A stretch of 64,000 nt of DNA from Macrostomum hystrix. Taxonomy: Eukaryota; Animalia; Platyhelminthes. Shown here one piece after another: positions 33,925 to 47,000 of the stretch. The first letter of the stretch is position 1. Each line of letters opens with the position of its first letter. The stretch is from NCBI GenBank assembly GCA_950097015.1, contig CATNEN010000003.1, positions 6,448,001 to 6,512,000 of the forward strand, read 5' to 3'. The position numbers were made by a program, and so were the translations under genes. Under the pieces are notes generated by a model. It saw only the letters and a program-made list of their open reading frames with translations. It was not told where the DNA came from and did not search any database.

Positions 33925-36570
33925 TTCAGTGTGAGTCTACCATTCAGTGTGACTGACTACCATTCAGTGTGACTGTCTACCATTCAGTGTGACTGACTAC
34001 CATTCAGTGTGACTGACTACCATTCAGTGTGACTGACTACCATTCAGTGTGACTGTCTACCATTCAGTGTGACTGACTACCATTCAGTGTGACTGTCTAC
34101 CGTTCAGTGTGACTGACTACCATTCAGTGTGACTGTCTACCATTCAGTGTGACTGTCTACCATTCAGTGTGACTGTCTACCATTCAGTGTGACTGACTAC
34201 CATTCAGTGTGACTGTCTACCATTCAGTGTGACTGTCTACCATTCAGTGTGACTGACTACCATTCAGTGTGACTGACTACCATTCAGTGTGACTGTCTAC
34301 CATTCAGTGTGACTGTCTACCATTCAGTGTGACTGACTACCATTCAGTGTGACTGTCTACCATTCAGTGTGACTGTCTACCATTCAGTGTGACTGACTAC
34401 CATTCAGTGTGACTGACTACCATTCAGTGTGACTGTCTACCATTCAGTGTGACTGACTACCATTCAGTGTGACTGACTACCATTCAGTGTGACTGACTAC
34501 CATTCAGTGTGACTGTCTACCATTCAGTGTGACTGACTACCGTTCAGTGTGACTGTCTACCGTTCAGTGTGACTGACTACCATTTAGTGTGAGTCTACCA
34601 TTCAGTGTGACTGTCTACCATTCAGTGTGACTGACTACCATTCAGTGTGACTGACTACCATTCAGTGTGACTGACTACCATTCAGTGTGACTGACTACCA
34701 TTCAGTGTGACTGTCTACCATTCAGTGTGACTGTCTACCATTCAGTGTGACTGACTACCATTCAGTGTGACTGTCTACCATTCAGTGTGACTGTCTACCA
34801 TTCAGTGTGACTGTCTACCATTCAGTGTGACTGTCTACCATTCAGTGTGACTGTCTACCATTCAGTGTGACTGACTACCATTCAGTGTGACTGTCTACCA
34901 TTCAGTGTGACTGTCTACCATTCAGTGTGACTGACTACCATTCAGTGTGACTGTCTACCATTCAGTGTGACTGTCTACCATTCAGTGTGACTGACTACCA
35001 TTCAGTGTGACTGACTACCATTCAGTGTGACTGTCTACCATTCAGTGTGACTGACTACCATTCAGTGTGACTGACTACCATTCAGTGTGACTGACTACCA
35101 TTCAGTGTGACTGTCTACCATTCAGTGTGACTGACTACCGTTCAGTGTGACTGTCTACCGTTCAGTGTGACTGACTACCATTCAGTGTGAGTCTACCATT
35201 CAGTGTGACTGTCTACCATTCAGTGTGACTGACTACCATTCAGTGTGACTGACTACCATTCAGTGTGACTGACTACCATTCAGTGTGACTGACTACCATT
35301 CAGTGTGACTGTCTACCATTCAGTGTGACTGACTACCATTCAGTGTGACTGTCTACCATTCAGTATGACTGACTACCATTCAGTGTGACTGTCTACCATT
35401 CAGTGTGACTGACTACCATTCAGTGTGACTGACTACCATTCAGTGTGACTGTCTACCATTCAGTGTGACTCACTACCATTCAGTGTGACTGACTACCATT
35501 CAGTGTGACTGTCTACCATTCAGTGTGACTGACTACCATTCAGTGTGACTGTCTACCATTCAGTGTGACTGACTACCATTCAGTGTGACTGTCTACCATT
35601 CAGTGTGACTGACTACCATTCAGTGTGACTGTCTACCATTCAGTGTGACTGACTACCATTCAGTGTGACTGTCTACCATTCAGTGTGACTGTCTACCATT
35701 CAGTGTGACTCACTACCATTCAGTGTGACTCACTACCATTCAGTGTGACTCACTACCATTCAGTGTGACTCACTACCATTCAGTGTGACTGTCTACCATT
35801 TAGTGTGACTGTCTACCATTCAGTATGACTGACTACCATTCAGTGTGACTGACTACCATTCAGTGTGACTGTCTACCATTCAGTGTGACTGACTACCATT
35901 CAGTGTGACTGTCTACCATTCAGTGTGACTGACTACCATTCAGTGTGACTCACTACCATTCAGTGTGACTCACTACCATTCAGTGTGACTCACTACCATT
36001 CAGTGTGACTCACTACCATTCAGTGTGACTGTCTACCATTTAGTGTGACTGTCTACCATTCAGTATGACTGACTACCATTCAGTGTGACTGTCTACCATT
36101 CAGTATGACTGACTACCATTCAGTGTGACTCACTACCATTCAGTGTGACTGACTACCATTCAGTGTGACTGTCTACCATTCAGTGTGACTGACTACCATT
36201 CAGTGTGACTGTCTACCATTCAGTGTGACTGTCTACCATTCAGTGTGACTGTCTACCATTCAGTGTGACTGTCTACCATTCAGTGTGACTGTCTACCATT
36301 CAGTGTGACTGACTACCATTCAGTGTGACTGTCTACCATTCAGTGTGACTGTCTACCATTCAGTGTGACTGTCTACCATTCAGTATGACTGTCTACCATT
36401 CAGTATGACTGTCTACCATTCAGTGTGACTGACTACCATTCAGTGTGACTGTCTACCATTCAGTGTGACTGACTACCATTCAGTGTGACTGTCTACCATT
36501 CAGCAGTGTGACTGACCTCCATTCAGTGTGACTGTCTACCGTTTAGTGTGACTGACTACCGTTTAGTGTA
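33925..36570. repeat. Minisatellite, 20-bp unit (CATTCAGTGTGACTG[A/T]CTAC)
   Basis: About 130 highly homogeneous units. Confidence 0.98.
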
Positions 36571-37094
36571 TACACACAAAAAAAAATTAGTATTCAAACA
36601 CAAAACATGACGATGTCTTTCTATATTCATGAATGCAGCTTCACTGAAAGATGGATATTGTACTTATTTTTTAATTGTAATTAGATAAAAGCGAGTGCTT
36701 TAGCAACAATAGTTCGTTATTGAACAAATTAATAACAGCTAACTAATGCACAGATCTACACACGTAGAAGCGGATGACACAATGTTAATCCACATAGCAA
36801 TTGTTAAGTTATTTAAAGTACACATGTTACGCCAATTTAAGGAAACTTTTGTTTAATAGAATAAGCGACAACTATTATCGAAGAACACATTTAATTTTTA
36901 ATTAACAGAACGAAAAATGTTTCAGGAAAATAAGAAGACACGAAATGCTTTATTTTGGTAGTTTTAAAGAGCCAGTACTGATAATAATATTAACTGGATT
37001 ATAATGATAGTAAGTCGAGATCCATTTGAATGATAATTGGGACTTACGTCGATAAGGAACTGTGGTTGGGCATTCGAAATTCTTTGATTTACGA

Positions 37095-37375
37095 TTAAGG
37101 GATCGCGTTTAGGGATTAGGGATCAGGGATTCCTTTCAATCGATTATGGATCAGTTTGAAGGGGACAAGTGATTTCGTCGATGGGGATTAGGGATTTCGT
37201 TGATGGGGATTAGGGATTTCGTTGATGGGGAGTAGGGATTTCGTTGATGGGGATTAGGGATTTCGTTGATGGGGATTAGGGATTTCGTTGATGGGGATTA
37301 GGGATTTCAGTTATGGGGATTAGGGATTTCGTTGATGGGGATTAGGGATCTCTTTGATGGGGATTAGGGATCTCT
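37095..37375. repeat. 22-bp G-rich repeat (GATGGGGATTAGGGATTTCGTT) containing TTAGGG
   Basis: About 9 regular units plus degenerate flank, downstream of the THOC2 stop. Confidence 0.9.
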
Positions 37376-37583
37376 TTCCAAAATTAGAATGTTGGAATTC
37401 CCTTTATTTGAAAATCGAAGCTTCAGCTACTAGGAAAAAGAGCCTTTCTCTGATTGGGTAAAAGGATTTCGCGGCTAGTAGGAATCGAGTACTTTTAATT
37501 ATTGGAAATTTAGTTCAGATGGACTTGCAAAAAGATTAAAACATAAAAGTCACGCCAACAAGCAACTACGAGTCTAAAGACCT

Positions 37584-38045
37584 TCACTTCTTGGCTTTGC
37601 TCGACTCCGGCGTTGCTCTAGATGACAACGACTTTCTTTGCCTACTTCCACCATCGCTGGAGGCTGCATCTTCGTCCCGACGATGCCGCTTAGACTCGCT
37701 GACGCCGGCTGCCGATGAGCCGGCCGCGTTATCCGGCGATTTCGCCGACGAGGCCGAGGCGGGAGGATTCTCGCCGCCGGCTGGTCGCTTAGACCCGCTG
37801 CCGCTCACTGCCGATTGGCCAGCGCGCTGGTGCTGATGCTGATGCTCGGTCCGCCTGCGCTTGGCATCCGGTTGATCTGCGGCAGCCGCCGAAGCTGAAC
37901 CAGAAGCCGCTACTGACGATGAAGCGACGGCAGCTGGTGCAGCTTTGCCAGCCGAGGAGCTAGCAGGCGCTGCTCCGCCTTGCGAACTGGCCACTCGACG
38001 GGCGACCGAAGCCGGAGCATTGCCGTTGGCGTTGGTTGGCTTCTC
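37584..38045 (-). CDS. THOC2: THOC2 exon 10 (low-complexity basic C-terminus)
   Basis: ccatcag acceptor, phase 0; S/A/K/R-rich tail; AATAAA at 37408-37403 on minus strand. Confidence 0.8.
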   Translation of the reverse strand, partial: EKPTNANGNAPASVARRVASSQGGAAPASSSAGKAAPAAVASSSVAASGSASAAAADQPDAKRRRTEHQHQHQRAGQSAVSGSGSKRPAGGENPPASASSAKSPDNAAGSSAAGVSESKRHRRDEDAASSDGGSRQRKSLSSRATPESSKAKK

Positions 38046-41000
38046 CTGATGGAGGCAGAGTTTTAAATGCGGGAACCGGAAATGCAAACTATGCGAACTG
38101 TTAGTTAAACCAATCACAGATCTTTAAAACCAACTTTTAGTTCAACCAATCACAGGTCGCTAAAAACTAACTGTCTCTCAACCAATGACAGAGCATCAAA
38201 TTGAACTGCTGCTGAACCAATCACAGAGCATAAAGTTGAACTGCAGCTCAGCCAATCACAGGTCGTCAAGAAACACAAGAATTAACCAATAATGTGCCTC
38301 AGAATCGTATAGAAAATCGCAACCAAATTCCAGCAATCTCGCACCTTCAAGTGGAATGCTTCTTCTGGCACCCATTCAGGTTTGCGCTTCTTCAACATGC
38401 CCAGGTAGCTAATAGCCATCGCCTCCAAATCTTTGCGCTTCTCGCGTTCGTCCTGGCGCAGTTTCTCAACGCGTCGTTCAACAGCTGAGCCGAATTGTTG
38501 AATGCGCGGATAGTGGGCTAGGATCCGGATTAGCACTAGCAGGGCGTTGCGCGTCAGGGCGTAATTGCCGTGCTCCAGGCAGGCGATGAAGGCCTTCGTG
38601 ATGCTGGGAGTTGGTTTAGGTTAAAATATAATTATAGTGACAGTGGAGGATTCGATTTTGGTATTAGACACCTGAGGATCTGGGATTATCAAAAGCTACA
38701 ACTGAGGATCTGGGATTATCAAAAGCTACAACTGAGGATCTGGGATTATCAAAAGCTACTCCTGAGGATCTGGGATTATCAAAAGCTACACCTGAGGATC
38801 TGGGATTATCAAAAGCCACACATGAGCATCCGTGATTATAATTGCTAGACCTGAGGATCTGGGATTATCAAAAGCTACACCTGAGGATCTGCGATTATCA
38901 AAAGCTACACCTGAGGATCTGGGATTATCAAAAGCTACACCTGAGGATCTGGGATTATAATAGCTAGACCTGAGGATCTGGGATCATAATAGCTACACCT
39001 GAGGATCTGGGATAATCAAAATCTACAACTGAGGATCTGGGATTATCAAAAGCTACACCTGAGGATCTGGGATTATAATAGCTAGAGCTGAGGATCTGGA
39101 ATTATAATAGCTAGACCTGAGGATCTGGGATTATAATAGCTAGACCTGAGGATCTGGGATCATAATAGCTAGACCTGAGGATCTCGGATCATAATAGCTA
39201 GACCTGAGGATCTGGGATCATAATAGCTAGACATCAGGATCTGGGATCATAATAGCTACACCTGAGGATCTGGGATCATAATAGCTAGACCTGAGGATCT
39301 GGGATCATAATAGCTACACCTGAGGATCTGGGATTATAATAGCTAGACCTGAGGATCTGGGATCATAATAGCTAGACCTGAGGATCTGGGATCATAATAG
39401 CTAGACCTGAGGATCTGGGATCATAATAGCTAGACATGAGGATCTGGGATCATAATAGCTAGACATGAGGATCTGGGATCATAATAGCTACACCTGAGGA
39501 TCTGGGATCAAGCATATCAGCCAGTCTGATCACTTACCGATAATGCCACTTGTGTACCACATGTCGGTAATTCTCGTAGCTCAACTGATCGGGTCCTTTG
39601 CCAGAAGTGGCTCCGTCAACGCCTTTGCGGAAGACGGTATTAAAACCGGGGAATCCTTCGCATTCTCGCTTATAGACATCGTGCGACGAGTGCCAGAGCA
39701 TGATAACGTCCAGCATAGCCTTCAGAAAGCGTCCATAGCGACGAGCTTCATTCTCGGTTAGACAGGCCAAAGGCAGAGTGATGTCGTTGAAGATGCGATC
39801 GAAACAGATTAGAGTAGAAAAATTGGCCGTCTTAGAGGCGTGCAAAATGTAGATAAACTTGGCTGAGTACACCGCATCCTGAGCAGTGAATAGTATTCTA
39901 GGAAACACGCAGAACTGTAGAAAAGTGGTGACAGTGTCAGTCTTGGTTGATCGTTGCTGATGAAACCAAAGGTCTTTGTCTTTGGCGATGCGAGCGCGAA
40001 CTCGAGTGACGTGAGTTAACAGTTGGCGCTCTTCATCAGCGAGGCGATCGGTGAGGGCCTGGGAGGAAATTAAGTTTAATGACTGTTTATAAGAAACTAG
40101 ATTTTTTACTAGAAAATAGCATGGAGTTACTTCAATAAAAAAGTATTTCAGAAAATTTCTTACATAGCGGAGTTTCACAAACTTTCTAGAAAACGTAGTT
40201 CCCCAAATTTGCAAGAAAGTAATTTCTACGAAGTTGCTAAGAAAAAAAAACCACAAAATTTATCAGGAAACGCACTCCCATAAGGAAAGCACATTTCCGT
40301 AATTTTCCTAGAAACCATACTTCCGTAATTTTCTAAGAATTTTTTTTCCGTAAATTTCCAAGAAACCATATTTCTTTAATTTTCCTAGAAACCATACCTC
40401 CGTAATTTTCTAAGAAATAATTTTTCCGTAAATTTCCAAGAAACCATATTTCTTTAATTTTCCTAGAAACCATACTTCCGTAATTTTCTAGAAATAATTT
40501 TTTCCGTAAATTTCCAAGAAACCATATTTCTTTAATTTTCCTAGAAACCATACTTCCAAACCAGAAAACACATTTACACTTCATAGTAAAAATATGATCG
40601 CGGCATAAATTAAAAAAATATATAATATCTAATTATTTTCTAATCTCATTTTTACAGAAATGGTTTTTTATACGAATCGTTGCATTGTCCTAAAAAATCT
40701 GATGCAGAATTTAGCTATGAAAAAAACTTTGAATTGTACTCGTATGTGATCTCATTATGCTCTTTTTTAAATTAAATAAATTTCTTAAACGTTAAAAACC
40801 ATTTAAAGTACGACCGTCATAAAATTTCAGACTCTACAAAAGTACAAATCAAACAAATTAAGCCTCACCTGAAGTCTCTCTCGCTCCTTCTTCTTCTTAG
40901 CCGTCGGCATCGTGGCATTGTCCTCGATAATTTTCTGCTGCTGTTCTATTGCCTGCTTCTGTCGTTTATAAGCGGCCTGCGGCACCTCCAAGTCGCAGCA

Positions 41001-44000
41001 CTGCAGAGTCCAGAAGGTGACAAAGAATTCAATGTTCAGATCGTCCCACACCTTTTTAGGATAGAGGCCGCGAACGCGTTCGGCCACTTCGCGAGTGACT
41101 TCAACTGAGGCGTCAACGAATGCTGAGATTTCCATAGGATCCAAGCTAGACGCATCCGAGCTGGTCTCTGGAAAACATTTGTTTTTTATAGCAACACTTG
41201 CATTGATTTCTTGGAAATACTGTGAACTCTGAGTGAAGTGACATAATCCTAGAGTGAAATCCCACAGTGACAGATCCTGAAAAGTGAAATCCCAGAGTGA
41301 CAGATTCTAAAGAGAGTGACAGATTTCAAAGAGTGAAATCCCAGAGTGACAGATTTCAAAGAGTGAAATCCCAGAGTGGCAGAATCTGAAGAGTGAAATC
41401 CAGAGTGAAAGATTCTAAAGAGTGAAATCCAGAGTGACAGATTCTGAAGAGTGAAATCCCAGAGTGAAAGAATCTAAAGAGTAATATCCAAGAGTGAAAG
41501 AATCTGAAGGGCGAAATCCCATAGTGACAGAATCTGAAGAGTGAAATCCCAGAGAGACAGAATCGAAGAGTGACAACCCCAAGGTAGTGACAGAATCGAG
41601 GACTGACAACCCCAAGGTAGTGACAGAATCGAGGACTGACAACCCCAAGGTAGTGACAGAATCGAGGACTTATAAACCCAAGGTAGTGACAGAACCGAGG
41701 ACTGACAACCCCAAGGTAGTGACAGAATCGAGGACTGACAACCCCAAGAATAAAACTCCAAAAGAGTAACAGAATTAAAAGCAATCAAACACACTCTCTC
41801 CGGCTCCTTCAGCCGCGGCGAAGTCCTTAGCAGCCGAAACAGCAGGTCGGGCGCGCATTCGTCGATCGCACTGCTGGCCAATAGTGTGAGCAAAGCCGCT
41901 TCTCAATAGATAAAATGCGGCATCAGCTGGCACGTGATAGATATTGATCAGCTGATCAATGCTGGGACACTGGGCAACGAATTCGTCGGTAGACAATTGC
42001 AACGATAGAAAGATGCCAAATTGGATTAGTACATCCTGACAATTGTCGTACAATCTGCCGCACTGTTTAACGTGTCGCTCGGTTGGATCCTCGTTGAAGA
42101 CAACGCAATCCCGTTGCTGGGCTAATAAGAATACGAACGGCAGCACTAGGCCGTGATCCATTAGCATGTCTTTCAGACGGCTGCTGGACTTCTTCGTATT
42201 TCGCACCTGACAGGTAAATGTGGGATTTATTTCAAGGACTTGTATAACATTTTAAGGGACCTGTGTAACTCTTTCAGGGACCTGTGTAACTCTTTCACGG
42301 ACCTGTGTAACATTTTCAGGGACCTGTGTAACTCCTTCAGGGACCTGTGTAACATTTTCAGGGACCTGTGTAACTCTTTCAGGGACCTGTTTAACTCTTT
42401 CAGGGACCTGTGTAACTCTTTCAGGGACCTGTGTAACTCTTTCAGGGACCTGTGTAACTCTTTCAGGGACCTGTGTAACTCTTTCAGGGACCTGTGTAAC
42501 TCTTTCAGGGACCTGTTTAACGTCCAAATAATCCCCTCAGTTGAATGACTTTAAATCCCAACAATCCCTCAGTCCAATAGCTACAGATCCCCAACAATCC
42601 CAGTCCAGTAGCTATAGATCCCCATCAATCCCACAGTCCAGTAGCTACAGATCCCCATCAATCCCACAGTCCAGTAGCTACAGATCCCCATCAATCCCAG
42701 TCCAGTAGCTATAGATCCCCATCAATCCCACAGTCCAGTAGCTACAGATCCCCATCAATCCCACAGTCCAGTAGCTACAGATCCCCATCAATCCCACAGT
42801 CCAGTAGCTACAGATCCCCATCAATCCCACAGTCCAGTAGCTACAGATCCCCATCAATCCCACAGTCCAGTAGCTACAGATCCCCATCAATCCCACAGTC
42901 CAGTAGCTACAGATCCCCATCAATCCCACAGTCCAGTAGCTACAGATCCCCATCAATCCCACAGTCCAGTTGCTACAGATCCCCATCAATCCCACAGTCC
43001 AGTAGCTACAGATCCCCATCAATCCCACAGTCCAGTAGCTACAGATCCCCATCAATCCCAGTCCAGTAGCTATAGATCCCCATCAATCCCACAGTCCAGT
43101 AGCTACAGATCCCCATCAATCCCACAGTCCAGTAGCTACAGATCCCCATCAATCCCACAGTCCAGTAGCTACAGATCCCCATCAATCCCACAGTCCAGTA
43201 GCTACAGATCCCCATCAATCCCACAGTCCAGTAGCTACAGATCCCCATCAATCCCACAGTCCAGTAGCTACAGATCCCCATCAATCCCACAGTCCAGTAG
43301 CTACAGATCCCCATCAATCCCACAGTCCAGTTGCTACAGATCCCCATCAATCCCACAGTCCAGTAGCTACAGATCCCCATCAATCCCACAGTCCAGTAGC
43401 TACAGATCCCCATCAATCCCACAGTCCAGTAGCTACAGATCCCCATCAATCCCACAGTCCAGTTGCTACAGATCATCATAAATCCCGCAGTCCAGTAGCT
43501 ACAGATCCCCAAAACTCTCACAGTCCAGTAGCTACAGATCCCCATCAATCCCACAGTCCAGTAGCTACAAATCCCCATCAATCCCACAGTCCAGTTGCTA
43601 CAGATCCCATATTTTGAGAATGGTCAAGCATCTCACCTGAGAAAAATAGCCGCCCTCCACTCGGAGCAGTTCTCCGCCGAGCATAGCCTCCAGCTGCTCA
43701 TCCGTGACCTCCTCGGACACTTCAATGCCGGTCATTTTGTGCAGAATCTCTCTCACTAGAAGCAGGTCGCAGCTTCGCTTATTCTTTAATTGATTAAGGG
43801 CGTATTGAAAACAGCCAGCTAAATCAAAGGTGTACTTCTTGCACATTGAGCCAACGAAAGTGCTCAGCACAGGCAGGCGATTGCTGTCCTCGTTGCTCTC
43901 GACTAGGGCTTCAATGATGCAATAGGCTAGGACATCCAGGCCAAGGCTGTTCAAATAGCGAAACGAGTCAACAACTGGAGCAACGAGATTGTCGTAGCGA

Positions 44001-47000
44001 GTGATCTGCTCAATGACCACCTCGAATAGAGGTCCGGGGTTCGAATGGCTAAGCTTGCCCAGCTGGCGGCCCTGCTGTTTCACGTTGTCCTTAGTTAGAC
44101 GCTTCATAACGTATCTTAAAAATTTAATTTAAATACAATATGCTATATTTGCTACTGATAGTAGAGTGAAACATATAGACAACACTTTTACACAATCTTC
44201 AAGTCGAAAGGTTTCTTCCTAAAAATATATATCGTCATATCGATATCACAAAAATAGTAGGTTAAGCTCTCCTTAAAACCATATTTAAAGTTCAATATTT
44301 AGCTTTTTAACTTAAAATTCCTACGCTTTAAAATAGTGAGATTTTGGGATTTTAAAGTTCAATTAAAAAGGGATTAGAAATGACATTTAAACTTGGGATT
44401 TCAATGGCCCTATAAAATGGGATTTCAAATGACATTTAAACTTGGGATTTAAAAGGCCCCAAAAATGGGATTTCAAATGACATTTAAACTTGGGATTTCA
44501 AAGGCCACTTAAAAAAGGGATTTTAAAGGGCACTTAAAATGGGATTTCAAAGGGCACTTAAAAAAGGGATTTAAAAGATAACTTATACTTGGGATTTGAA
44601 ATGACATTAAAACTTGGGATTTTAAAGGCTACTTAGAATTGGGATTTAAAAGGCCACTTAAACTTGGGACTTCAAATCCAATCGCATCACTCAAGCGTCT
44701 TACTTCGCTCGTCCGGTGACCTCAGCTCGGCGTCGAATCATAGCCGGATGAACGGCCGGTGACTCGGCCGCTTTCCATTGGCCATAGAGTCGGTAGCGCA
44801 GATCAAAAGGCAGGTGTCGAATCAGTGACCAGATTAACTCGCTCAGGGGACAATTGGCCTCACTCATGCTTAGAGCTGGCAGAATGCATTCGTCCAACAG
44901 GTTAAACACCGCCTGCGATTGATGAGTACACGGGAGAGAATGAATTGCAAAAGCTGCGCAAGACTGAATTTCAGTTCACCAGTTCAGAACTTAAAGAACG
45001 CTTCAGGTCCCCTGAAAATGGGATTCAGGTACCCTGACTATTTGGAGAAACGGGGTTCAGGTGCCCTGGAAATTAAGAAAAACGGATTCAGGTCTTGAAG
45101 ATTTAGAAGAATGGGATTCAGGTGCCCTGAAGATTCAGAGGTACTGGATTCAGGTGCCCAAAAGATTCAGAGGAACGGGATTCAGGTCCCCTGAAGATTC
45201 AGTGGAACGGGATTCGAGTCCCTGAAGATTCAGAGAACGGGATTCAGGTGCCCTGACTTCAGGATTCAGGTCCCTGAAGATTCAGAAGAAACAGGATTCA
45301 GGTGCCCTGAAAATTTAGAGGAATGGGATTCAGGCGCCCTGAAGATTCAGAGAACGGGATTCAGGTCCCCTGAAGATTCAGAGGAACGGGATTCGAGTCC
45401 CTGAAGATTCAGAGAACGGGATTCAGGTGCCCTGACTTCAGGATTCAGGTCCCTGAAGATTCAGAGGAACGGGATTCGAGTCCCTGAAGATTCAGAGAAC
45501 GGGATTCAGGTGCCCTGACTTCAGGATTCAGGTCCCTGAAGATTCAGAAGAAACAGGATTCAGGTGCCCTGAAAATTTAGAGGAATGGGATTCAGGCGCC
45601 CTGAAGATTCAGAGGAACAGGATTCAGGTCCCCTGAAGATTCAGAGGAACGGGATTCAGGTCCCTGAAGATTCAGAGAACGGGATTCAGGTGCCCCGACT
45701 TCAGGATTCAGGTCCCTGAAGATTCAGAGAACGGGATTCAGGTGCCCTGACTTCAGGATTCAGGTCCCTGAAGATTCAGAGGAAAATATATTTAAGTAGC
45801 CTGTATGCTAAAAGGCAGAAGTTTCTAATCTCACCTGAAAAGCGCCGTCAATCAATCCGGCTAGGCCAGACTTGGCCCTAGCAACTAGAAAGGCTTCGCC
45901 TAAGCGGCACAGCTTGGCAACCAAAGCAGAATCCAAACAGATAGCCGGTCCCAGATAAGTTAGCAATTGAGAAGCAGCCTTCAAAGCATCGCCAGCATCG
46001 CTAGGACCGTTGGGTTTAATAACGGCCCGGTTTGCTCGAACACAATTTGGCAGTCGGCAAGCAGTTGAATAAGCCGTCTCAATTAGGGAATGCCCGGTAG
46101 CGCACAGCCGCTTATTCAACGCTGATTGGCAGCCAGCAATGCCAGCTGGAAATTTATCCATCAGCACTCGGGCATTGTTGAGATCTCCGGCTTCTAATAG
46201 TGCCTCGGCTAGGCCTAGCAGCTGATTATAGACGAATTGGGGACTGGATGGGCCTTGGAATAGATCGGCTACAGCGCTGCCAGCTATGGGCGAATCCGAG
46301 TCAGCTGAGTCGGCCAGAGTTGCAGTTGAATCTATAGCGTCTAAATCAATTACGGTTGCGGCTACTGGTGTTGTAGAATGCTGCTGATCGGTACTTTGCT
46401 GTTGCTGCTGCTGCTGGCCCTGGGAATTTGCCTGCATCTGCTGCTGAGGCTGATTTTGACGAAAGCCTTGGGCTGCCAGCTGTGGGTAAATATAAACAAA
46501 AACATTCTGAATTTTGGGTGGTTCTGATTCTGAAGTTAAGGGGTTGTGATCCTGAAGTTAGGGGGGCTTCTGATCTTGAAGTTAGGGAGGCTTGTAGTTA
46601 GGGACGCTTGTGATCCTGAAGTTAGGGAGGCTTGTAGTCCTGAAGTTAGAGTGGCTTGTAGTCCTGAAGTTAGGGAGGCTTGTAGTCCTGAAATTAGGGT
46701 TGGCTTGTAGTCCTGAAGTTAGGGGGGCTTGTAGTTCTGAAGTGGCTTGTGATTGTCGATTTAGGGAGGCTTGTGACCCTGAAGTTAGGGTGGCTTGTGA
46801 TCCTGAAGTTAGGGAGGGGTCTTGTGATCTTAAAGTTAGAGAGGCTTGTAGTCCTGAAGTTAGGGGGGCTTGTAGTAATGAAGTTAAAGAGGATACTGAT
46901 CCTGAATTTAGAAAGGCTTGTGATCCTAAAGTTAGGGAGGTTTGTGATCCTGAAGTTAGGGAGGTTTGTGACCCTGAAGTTAGGGAGGTTTGTGATCCTG

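Noticed and set aside
33925-36570. CRISPR-like regular repeat
   Set aside because: Units are head-to-tail with no unique spacers, there are no cas genes, and the context is eukaryotic
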